From positions 4,526,001-4,590,000 of the forward strand of contig CM060733.1 in NCBI GenBank assembly GCA_030704615.1: DNA of 64,000 nt. Reading direction: 5' to 3'. The position numbers and the translations under genes were made by a program. The notes under the pieces were generated by a model that worked only from the letters and a program-made list of their open reading frames with translations, searched no databases and was not told where the DNA came from. Of the stretch, positions 25,174 through 35,189 are shown in pieces (within the stretch, counting starts at the first letter, position 1; every line of letters starts with the position of its first letter). The stretch is from Takakia lepidozioides (lineage: Eukaryota; Plantae; Bryophyta).

Positions 25174-26810
25174 GGAAATACGGCGCCGCATTTCCGTATT
25201 GCATCTTGGTCATGCAACAGAGCGACGGAAATGCGGCACCGAGTTTCCGTCCGGGGGAAACCTTTATACTCTCCAGAACGGAAATGCGGTAACGCATTTC
25301 CATCCAGCAAGCACGGTATGTGAAGGTGGAACGGAAATGCGGTACCGCATTTCCGTTCTGATTGAGAATTATGAACAACGGGAACAGAAATGCGGCACCG
25401 CATTTCCGTCCGAGTCGCACTTTTCGACATTCCAGAACGGGAATGCGGCGCCGCATTTCCATTTTGTATCTGATGCATGGAGCTGAGGGATAGAAATGCT
25501 GCAGCACATTTCCGTCCTTAAAAGACATTCATACTCTCGAGAACGGAAATGCGGTACCGCATTTTCATTCAACAAGCACGGTATGTGAAGGTGGAACGGA
25601 AATGCGGTACCGCATTTCCGTTCTGATTGAGAATTATGAACAACGGGAACAGAAATGCGGCACCGCATTTCCGTCAAAGTCGCACTTTTCGACATTCCAT
25701 AAAGGAAATGCGGCGCCCCATTTCCATTTTGTATCTGATGCCTGGAGCCGAGTAAGATTCCGACAGCTTCATACAGCGCAATTCCGACGGTTGAGACATT
25801 CACTATCCAGAACGGAAATGCGGCACCGCATTTCCGTTCTGACTGAAAATCGTGAACTATCTGAACTGAAATGCGGCACCGTATTTCCATCCGAGTCGCA
25901 CCTACCATCATTCCAGAACGGAAATGCGGCACCGCATTTCCGTTCTGACTGAAAATCGTGAACCATCGGAACTGAAATGCGGCAGCGCATTTCCATCCGA
26001 GTCGCACCTCCCACATTCCAGAACGGAATGTAAGATTTAAAAGGGAAATGCGGCACCACATTTCCGTTCTGATGAAATATCCTGAAATCGGAATGAAATG
26101 CGGTACCGCATTTCCGTCGGAGTCCCACCATCCGACATTCCAAAACGGAAATGCGGCACCGCATTTCCGTTTTGTATGTGAGGCATGGAGCTGTGGAACG
26201 AAAATGCGGGAAGGCATTTCCGCCAGCGTCAGACGTTAATACTCTACAGAACGGAAATGCGGTACCGCATTTCCATTCTGACTGAAAATCGTGCGCAACG
26301 GGTACAGAAATGCGGCACCGCATTTCCGTTCGAGTCGCACCTTCCGACATTCTCGAACGGAAATGCGGCGCCGCATTTCGTTTTGTATATTCGGCCTGGA
26401 GCTGTGCTACGGAAATGTGTTGCCGCATTTCCATCCATGTGAGACCTTCAACCTTTCCAGACCGGAAATGCGACACCCGCATTTCTGTCCAGGTGAGACC
26501 TCTATACTTTCCCGAACGGAAATGTGGCACGGCATTTCCATTCATCAACTAACGTATGTGAAGTGGGAACGGAAATGCGGCGCCGCATTTCCCTTCTGAA
26601 TCTCATACATGGAGCTGTGGGACGGAAATGCGGCACCGTATTTCCGTTCAACAACTAAGGTATGTGAAGGTGGAACGGAAATGCGGTGCCGCATTTTCTT
26701 CCAACAAGTACGGATGTGTAGCTTCGTGATGTACTTAACGGAAATGCGGCGCCGCATTCGCATTCTCGCTCCAACTCATCAGACGCTGGGACGGAAATGC
26801 CTTGAAATGT
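25174..26810. repeat. Array of ~30 palindromes GGAAATGCGG-NN-CCGCATTTCC at 53-bp period
   Basis: Starts at 25174, 25227, 25280, 25333, 25386, 25439, 25492, 25545, 25598..; spacers vary. Confidence 0.95.
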
Positions 26811-27195
26811 GAACACGTGGAGCAACGGAATTGCTGCACATGTCGGCACTCTATCTGACTGAAGGGGCATGAGGCGGCGCGGCCTGACCGTTGGATAATG
26901 ATGTTTGTTTTTCGGACGGCGGGCGTACCCTCAACGATTCGAATTTCGTAATGACGCAAACTCCACGAGGAGACACTTTCGTCCAACCTTTCGAACCCAA
27001 GTGGTGCATCACCGCCGTTTCATCTACTTTTGTCGTGTCTCCTCAGTCACCCCTCTCGCGCCCTTTCCATCTGCACTCTTTGCCCTTTTCCCTCTCTCTG
27101 TTCTTCTTATGCTCGAACCTGAGAGGGGGGGAGTTCGTGCACCAGACAGGAGACCTCGTCGCAAGCTCCGGAAATTATACTTCGGACGTAGGCCA

Positions 27196-30100
27196 ATGCC
27201 GAAGGGGAGGAAGCAGATGCGTCTACAGGAGGAGATTGCCATCTCCGAGCAGCAGCCCACTCAGGCAACCCAGCCACCAGTGAGAGCTCCATGCGATCGG
27301 GCTGCGCGCAGCTGATCGAGCACCGAACCCCCCATTTTGCTTCTGTAATTCTTAGACTGAATGCTAGGAGACTTGAATGCAGAACATGTTTGCATGCCTA
27401 ACAGGAAAGGTGGACGTGCTGGAGGGATCGCAGGAATCCGAAGAGCCGCAGGAAGAGTCCGAGCTAGCTGCAGCACGTACACCCACCCGATCCCCGAGCG
27501 CGGGTATCCTGCCGGGCCTAGCCCTCTGCGATTCAAAGACGCGTCTTCGAAGGGCAAGTTCAAAGTCCAGAGATCGACTCGCGTTCTTCGATCATGGAGA
27601 ATCGCCAGCAGGGGTCGGGCCCTTCTCCAGCAAAGTCGAAGAAGAAGCAGCCCGTCCCTCTACTGGCTTCTGAACCGGCTCAGGCCGATTCACCCCCCCC
27701 AACGCGAATGAAGCAGCAGGGTAGAAGACAGATTCATTGCAGCAGACACCTTCACCTGCAAGGATGAGGAAGCAGAAGGCAATCAGGGCGACGGCCGAAC
27801 AATCTCCCGCAAAACCGCTTCCACGAGCTGAAGCTCAGTTCCTGGAGGATTTCCCGCCTGCAGATGTTGGGGCCGACTCTGCTGCAGCGAAGGCAATGGG
27901 ATCGACCGTTGATCTCGATTTGGTACCGGAGGAGGGTGCTGCCGCTGAACGTTCGCAGGCAGACCTCACCACCGATGAGCTAGCAGGCCCGGAGGAGGCC
28001 TCTGCAGTGGCAGAATTGCCCGCACACAGGCCCCAGAGTGCAGCTCCAGTTGAGGATGCTCCACCTGCTCAGCCACTACCGGCACCTACAGACATGTCTC
28101 CGGAGGATTTCAAAAGTGCAGCGGATAAAATGTTGGAGGAGACACACAGTAGCATTGGCAGAGTTCTGGGCAGCAGGGTATTCCAGCGGACTCTTCGAAT
28201 CCCACTCTGTCGCATGGTCTCCCTTCCCATCGTCAGGCAGGCCCTTCCCGGAGATGTGGATAAGCTCAAGTTCGCATTTCGAGAAGGGTACCGTCTGGGA
28301 TCGGCAGCGTTTTACGTTTCCATAGAGAATGAGGACGGCGAAACCCGTGGACCCACTGCCGATGAATTGTCAACGTGGGATACCCACTGGCACACTCGCA
28401 ACCACGAATTCGAGGCGACGCTGAAGGGTGATCCCGACTTCGGCCATATGTCGGGAAAATGTTCTTTGTGTGGGACGGGAATCACCGACTTCTCGCCTGG
28501 TGGGAGTACATCAAGCAGAACCATGCCAAGCACATTGGCTGGCATTACATGGTGGAGTGTGTCATCCTCAAGGTGAAGGCGGCAGACTCCTCCCTCCTCA
28601 AGAATGCCATGGCGGACCTCAACTCGTAAGATACTCATACCCTCCCTAGCACATTCGAAATGCGGTGCCGCATTTCGGTTTCCATTCTGGTTTGTTCCGT
28701 GCTTCCGTGTACTGAACTGGAGAGTGTGCCTTGCAGGGTCACTGAGAATGCGTACGTGCATACCCACATGGCACATATGCTGTACAGGGTGAGGAAAACT
28801 GGTCTCACTGATCCGCAGATGTTTGCGAAATGCTGGAGCCGGAGCTCATTCAGAAAGCCGTTGCAAAAACAGACCGGACATGGTATCGTCTCACTATGGA
28901 TGGAATGGTGGAGGTGATATACGAAGTAAGTCGTCTCCAATTTCCCTCTGCTCATCCTTCCCCAATTTCCAGTAATCTTTCCACATGAATCGAATGTAAC
29001 GCTTCTGCATGTTTTTGTTGGCAGTCAAACATCAAGCTGGATTTGGCCCATGCCAAACGCTTCTTCATGGAAAGTGAGGGGCAGGTCAAAACGTTGCAGT
29101 CATTGACTGAGCACTTGAAGGAAGCCGGTGTCAAGTCCAGAACCAAATACAAGTCAAAGCTTGTGAAGCTGGTGGCAATTGCAGATCCGGCACTTGGAAA
29201 GGACTTCATCCCCGAGATTGCAAAACACTATTCTCGGGCCATGCAGCCGACCATGCAATTGGAGAAACTGCATCACCTCTCAACGGCATGTGTGGAGGCG
29301 AAAGAGAAGGTGAGGTTTCAATGCACTGAAGTTCCTTCCTAGCAATAGCCACTCTCTTCCAGCCCTGACATTGGATCGGAAATGGCAGACACGGTGGCTG
29401 TCGATCTGGAATGCATCCGAGAGCATAAGGACAATGTGGTCTTTTTCCACTGGAAGTTTCCGACCCTGCAGTGGATGTGTGGCTCAACCGTATGACTTGG
29501 TGGTTCCAGGTAATTCAAGGTACTTCCCCAGATTTGCTTTTCTGACATGAATTCCCTGAACTGCTACGTGACAATGCATTTGGGAATCGCAGGTAATGTC
29601 GAATGCGAAGGAGCAAGTCGTAATGCACACAAATTCGTTCGGCTTGTACGTCAAATGGGATGGAACACAGACATTGGAAGACTACGTGACACGTTTCAGA
29701 TGTGCGTACAAGGACAACCTTTTCGCCAGAGAGCTACAGACAGCAAGAAGGAGCGTGGAGTTTACACATCAGGAGGGAGCGGGGAAAGCTGCAATGCGAA
29801 TTGTTTACAGGTGAAGCACAGCTGCCCTTGTATGCGAAGCCTGGTTACGAGGTTTGTCTCGGAAATGCGGCACCGCATTCGCATTTTATGTTTTCGGTGG
29901 CACTCTGCAGTAGGTGGTCTCAAGTTTTGCTCACGCATGCTGACTGCCTTGCAGGTATATGAAATACGTGCTCCTTCAGACAGGGGCCCTGGCTCAAGAG
30001 CCCCCGTTCTTCATGGCTTGGACCGTGGCGGGCCCAAGCTGTGTCTACACACCCGAGATGCAGAAACAATGGCATCCCGCGCATCTCGTTGGATGCCCGT

Positions 30101-32293
30101 GGTACCTGGACATGTCTGGCGGTATTGTTGACGAGTCTGAGAAAGATCTGCACGCCTTGGCAGAAGAGAAGAGAAAGGAAAGACGTGTCCCTGCTGGGCC
30201 AAAGTCGGCAAAGGAATCTGCTGCTCTGGAAGAATCCAGAAAGGCAGCTGAGATGGCACAAAAGACGGTGGATGCAGCTGTGCAGGCCCAACAGAAGGGG
30301 TCGAAGAAGAGGACTCGCCAGCAAGGAGCAGCTGTTGTGACACCCGCCAAAACGAAGAAGCAGAAACAGCCTGTTCAGGAAGAGGGTGAGGAAGAGGACT
30401 CCGATGGAGACTTTGCAACCAGCCCACCCCCCCAAACGCAGGCTGCCTCCCCTGTGCCCACCGTTGTCACGAGAGGCACGAGAACTGGCTCGGCAAAGAA
30501 GGCACTCTTCAACCCCCCAGGGGGGCACCCTTTCGAGCCGGTGGAAATGAAGAGGCCGAAAGTGGCTCCCGAAACTGTAGTCCAGTGTGTAAATGAGAGT
30601 TTCTTGGCGGCTTTGGATGGACGGGCAGCCAAGTTGGCATACATGAAGACCATGGAGGGTCTGAAGGGCAGAGCACTGAAGAAGGCGACTGCCGAAGAGC
30701 CTTCCGACACCCCAGGATTTCAGAATATGGTCTCGTTCTTTGAGAGGGTGTGTGCAGACAAGGATTGTAGGAGGGGCGGAAATGCCACCGAGTGGTCTTG
30801 CGATATGATCATCTTGGATATTCCGGACGGAGAGCCTGTGGAAGGACTGCAAGCTTTGCCATCTTGGAACAGGTACTCGGAGGACTTTTGGAAGAAAGGA
30901 TTCGGGCTTGCCCGCATGGTGTTGGACGACAGAGGCTGTGTGGTTGTCCTGGCGAGCAGAGGAAAAAACACTCAGACAGGAATTGCGAAGTGGACCCGCA
31001 AGAGCGCCGTCCCGATTCTGAAAAAGAAGTGGACGTGCATCAACACACTGGGCCTTCGGTCGGAAGGGAAGAAGGTGATTACGACACTGGCACTCGTCCA
31101 TTCATTTGCTTGGGTGTTTCAAATGCGGTGCCGCATTCGGTTTCTAATCGTTTTCCCCCTGTGTATGCAGACGAAGCAGTTCGATGCATACTGCTTTGTG
31201 AAGGAGAACTCCACCTTTGCTTTCCGGAAGGAGGGAGGAAAGGTTGACCCGAACTGCGACCCTCGATTACGACGTTCTGTTCAACAACGTTCCCAAGGAA
31301 CTTCTCCCTCATAGCCTCACTTCAACGGAACCCCTGCGGTACTCACGGACTCGGAGCCCTGCCTTCATTCAGACAATTATGGAGACATGCACAGACGTGG
31401 AGGGCACAGTGCTCGACCTCATCTGTGGGACAGGTATGCAGAATCTTGATCTATGCTGTTCTGCAAATTCTCGTTAGGATGTAGTTCGCAACATCTGAAG
31501 CGCCATGTGGTAATGTGTGGATGGCATTGTAACAGGTGCCTCAATGTGGGCTGGGCGGTTTTCCGACCGGCACCTCTTTGCCTACGAGGAGGATTCATCC
31601 GTGTGGGGATCCCATCTGGAGGGGCTGCAACGGAATGTGAAGGCTCCCGACAGAGCGGAAGTCTCCTCGGATTCGTCGGAGTCCGAGGAAGACACAGTGG
31701 ACATTGATGCGGAGGAGAACCCGGAATACGAGTGAGTGCAAACATTGTAAGTTTGCAAAGCCTTCTGGGTCATTTATGTCAAAATTTCCCGACTGTGGTT
31801 CTCATTAGTCTCGTTGATGATTGTCATGTGCAGGATTGCAGGGTCCGGGTCGAAACATGTAGGGCCTACACTTCCTGCCAGGAATCCCGTTCTTTGCGAG
31901 GGCCGACTTCATGACGAGCCCGGTGAGGGACTACTCCCTTCCTAGTTATGCAGCTAAACTCGCAAATACAGCGATTAGAAGAAGTGAGAATCCCAGTAAA
32001 GTAGAGCAGATTTTGGAGAGGGCTAGGGAGGACAGAAGGATAAGGAAAGAGTTGGCAGCAGCTCAGACAGGTAGACGGGTACGAAAGTACATATGTGATT
32101 CAGCGGATGAGAGCGACGCAGACAGGGAGGAGACGACCCAACGGAGTGAGATGGACAGTTCCGCAAGGGAAAGATGGGATTTTCGAAAGCCTGGCCAACG
32201 AGCAGTCCGCTGGAGATGAGAGAGGCACTGAGGGGTGGAGGAGGAGCAGGACAGTCTAGAAAGGATGAGGATTCGGATGATTTTCAAGATTAA
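27196..32293 (+). CDS. MULE cargo gene: predicted ParB/Srx-like domain + beta-class amino-DNA-methyltransferase-like domain (multi-exon; indels in this copy)
   Basis: FFVWDGNHRLLAW (~28462-28500); DMIILDIPDG (~30802-30831); after splicing 31434-31535: RSPAFIQTIMETCTDVEGTVLDLICGTGASMWAGRFSDRHLFAYEED; GT-AG introns 28626-28736, 29852-29954, 31075-31170; acidic C-terminal tail; not all exon boundaries resolved. Confidence 0.75.
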
Positions 32294-32434
32294 TAGAATT
32301 TTAATGAAGTCTCTGTAAATGTAAATTCTCTTCCAGAGTATATAAAGGAAATTCTGCCCGACATTCGTGACCCCTCTCCAGTGTGCATTCCAGCCACACA
32401 ATCGCCCAAACCACGACGCTCCCAAAATCAGAAA

Positions 32435-33170
32435 TGGGGCAGGGCATTTCCAAAATTTTGGCAACTCTGCTAAGAACCTCTTTTGGAAATGCGGCACCGC
32501 ATTTCCAAAACAGGGGAGGGACTAATTTTCCATTTCAATGTTGGCATAGTAAAAAGTAATCTGAATTGGAATGCGGTGCCGCATTTCCAAAATTTCCTTT
32601 GTCCACACGCCAGTTTTGGCCTCTCCCGCTCATTGCATGGATGCCACCACGCTTACAGAGGTCGAACAAGGAGGTCGAACAAGGAGGCCGACATGGCGGG
32701 ATTGGAAATGCGGTGCCGCATTTCCATATTGGGGATGGTGGTTGTTCGAACTGCAGGCCCATCAGCAAAAATTGGCACCGCATTCCATTGTAAAAAAAAA
32801 GTCGATGACGGACATGGAAATGCGGCGCCGCATTTCCAGAACGGACATCGCAATTTGTCCATTTGCAGACCCTCTCTCGGAAATGCGGTAACGCATTCCA
32901 TCGCGCTGGTCGGAAATAGGTGCACTTTTCGAAGTGTTGGACGGAAATGCGGCACCGCATTCCCTTGTCCAAAAAGAAGTTTCCATTGCCAAGCTGGAAA
33001 TGCGTCGCCGCATTTGCAATGCCAACCTCGTTTTCTGATCAATTTATAGACCCGTGTTGGTATTTCGTGTACCTGGACGGAAATGATGCACCGCATTTCC
33101 GACATGAAATTTTTCCCGACATGGAAATGCGGTGCCGCATGTCCGACATGGAATGCCGCATTTCGATGCC
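32435..33170. repeat. Second cluster of the same palindrome (irregular spacing)
   Basis: GGAAATGCGG-NN-CCGCATTTCC variants at ~32485, 32568, 32705, 32816, 32879, 32943, 32996, 33079, 33123. Confidence 0.9.
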
Positions 33171-33773
33171 GACTGGTATATTCTTGACACATGACTCACA
33201 TACCGGTTACTCTGCTTATTCAACCAGACAGACAAATTGTAGAAATGAGACATCAAATTGTAAACAGTGGGCCAAATCCGAGAGTTATTCAACACAATGA
33301 AACACAGTCATACAGAAGTGAGGTACATTCCAGGGCACACTCCAGGGCACATTTAAATTTCCCCCGTACAGGATCCTGGACCGATGAAGATTGGCTGCTG
33401 CATGAATGTAGCCGTTTCAGTTTCCTACCCTGCCATGCAAACTATGGGCAGTCACTGCCAGGTGGGCCGATAGCCACTGGACACGACGAAGTCCATCCCC
33501 TCTTCGATGTAAATGCGGCGCCGAATTTCCATCCGGGGGGATGGACTTCGGTGGCAGATCTCAAACTATAACTTGTTGATGAGAAAGATGTATGGTTCAT
33601 CCACCGCTGGCGTGATGAACACGTTCCACCTCCGTCGGTGGGTACGTGTGACCAGATGCTCCATTTTGGAGGCCGGACTGCTCCGCTTCGTATCATTTCC
33701 AAAATCTAAGGGCTTCGTAGCTGTCCGCAAGGTCATCGGCATCCAAGTCGTCCTCAGGTCCTCCTTTGCAAGG

Positions 33774-34337
33774 ATGCCGTGCTTCCGGAACCGGGACGAC
33801 TGCCCTTTGGAGGCATCGATTATGCAATGTATTCGGCCACATCGGGAGACATTGTTATCTGGTACACAGATTACACAGAAGATACTGGTTCGATTGTGGA
33901 AACATTGGTGGCTTTTGAGAGTATATCGTAGGCCACTACGCCTTCGAGCGGGGTGACGATCTTGGTCTGAGGAGTCCGTGGCTCCTGCGCATCCTCGATT
34001 CCGATTTTCCCAGCTACGACGGTCACCCATGCAGAAGAAGGCGCACTGCTATGCTGTTGCGGTGGAACTGCTGCCACTGGACGTGGGTGGACTCCATCGG
34101 AGAGACCTATTCTCCTCGAGGAGTGCGCTCCTCTTCTCCATTGTATGGGGACATTCGCATTGGTGTGGACGACGAAAACGTGAAGATTCCATATTCGATG
34201 GTGGTATGATTGAAGGGCAGGACATTGTGGTGAACATCACTAGGGGCGGTACAACGGCTGCAATCGACTTTACATGGAGGAGCCCCATGACTCATGAGCT
34301 AGTTCTGAGAGCAGTCGAAGTCCCATTGACAACGTGA
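33774..34337 (+). CDS. MULE small orphan gene X1 (~190 aa, frameshifted here)
   Basis: MPCFRNRDDCP..DYAMY..GDIVIW..LYGDIRI..FDGGMIEGQDIVV..ELVLRAVEV; conserved at 51182-51744 and paralogous to 52287-52892; AATAAA at 34421. Confidence 0.65.
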
Positions 34338-34749
34338 CTTGTATTCAGTAGGCACAGGGCTCAAGATTTGAGGGCACAATCAGCACAGTAGACGTGCTTC
34401 AAATGCAATTCATGTGGATCAATAAAAACCTCATTGTGCCCTCTTTTTATTCTATTCTGTGTCCATCGTTCCGAGAATGCGTCATTGCTCATTTCGTTTG
34501 GGATTGGGAGTGTGGGTGAATTTTGCAAATGGCTGGTAGGCTGAAATGGGCCCCCATTGTACAGAGCAGTACCACCCTACCATTCGCGAAACATTGCCTT
34601 TCAATATATAATTCTAAATAACATTGCCGAACCTCCTTCATCGGGAGGTCCTTCTCCCCCTATGACCGTGGCACCCTAAACCCTATTCCCGCGGACACTC
34701 ATTTCCGGAAAATAGTGCTGCTCATGTTTTTTTCCACACTTACGACTCT

Positions 34750-34800
34750 GCTCATGGCTCATGCCGCTCATGGCTCATGGCTCATGAAATAGCAGCCCCC
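34750..34800 (-). repeat. MULE right terminus (short TIR with CATGAGC repeats)
   Basis: Reverse complement matches 50719-50769. Confidence 0.9.
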
Positions 34801-34995
34801 GACAAATGGTACCGGTTTTTTATAGTCACCTTATTCAAAGCCCTGTAATCGACACACATCCGCAACGTCCCATCCTTCTTATCTGCGAATAGTACCGGGG
34901 CTCCGTAAGGTGACTTACTCGGCCGGATGTATCCCTTTGCCATTAGATCCTTGAGCTGGGCCTTCAGCTCGACCAACTCTCTGTGGCTCAACCGG
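34801..34995 (-). pseudogene. Continuation of host chromovirus RT
   Basis: [40 protein letters not shown]. Confidence 0.9.
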
Positions 34996-35189
34996 GAGTA
35001 GTACTCATGCAAGATCTGATTGTGGTTTTGGAAGGAGTGAGTGAGGAGTGGAAGGAGCGACGTTCGGTTTTGACCATTCACGCCCAAATGAGGGAGAGGC
35101 TGCATAAAGGGAAAGGCATAAGGGTGTTGTATTATTTGTGCTAATGGGATGATTACATGTGGGGGATGTGGGGTATTTCATCCTAGAAA

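Larger units (their letters stand above)
12412..34800 (-). mobile_element. Mutator-like DNA transposon (MULE) copy 1, both ends present, with cargo genes
   Basis: 9-bp TSD GACAAATGG at 12403-12411 and 34801-34809; ends GAGGTTTACTATTTCATGAGC.. and ..GCTCATGAAATAGCAGCCCCC; MULE transposase inside; removing it restores the host RT (RYxLxRIDD). Confidence 0.93.

Noticed and set aside
25174-26810. CRISPR array (palindromic repeats with ~31-bp spacers)
   Set aside because: Spacers are related and block-duplicated (e.g. ~25280-25490 recurs at ~25545-25750), repeats are degenerate and also dispersed in introns, no cas genes are present, and the context is a eukaryotic transposon
24818-26986. Many overlapping ORFs with MRHRIS / KCGAAFP / GNAAPHF peptides (also 32.5-33.3 kb and 53.1-54.0 kb)
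   Set aside because: They are six-frame translations of the stop-free palindrome and appear on both strands, so they are not proteins
29920-31101. 393-aa antisense ORF conserved in both MULE copies
   Set aside because: It is the shadow of the sense cargo exon; conservation is explained by recent common ancestry and it has no recognisable motifs
31911-32219. Separate small gene MTSPVRDY..
   Set aside because: A GA|GTGAGT donor at ~31731 and a TGCAG|G acceptor at ~31833 join it in frame (copy 2 sequence) as the last exon of the cargo gene
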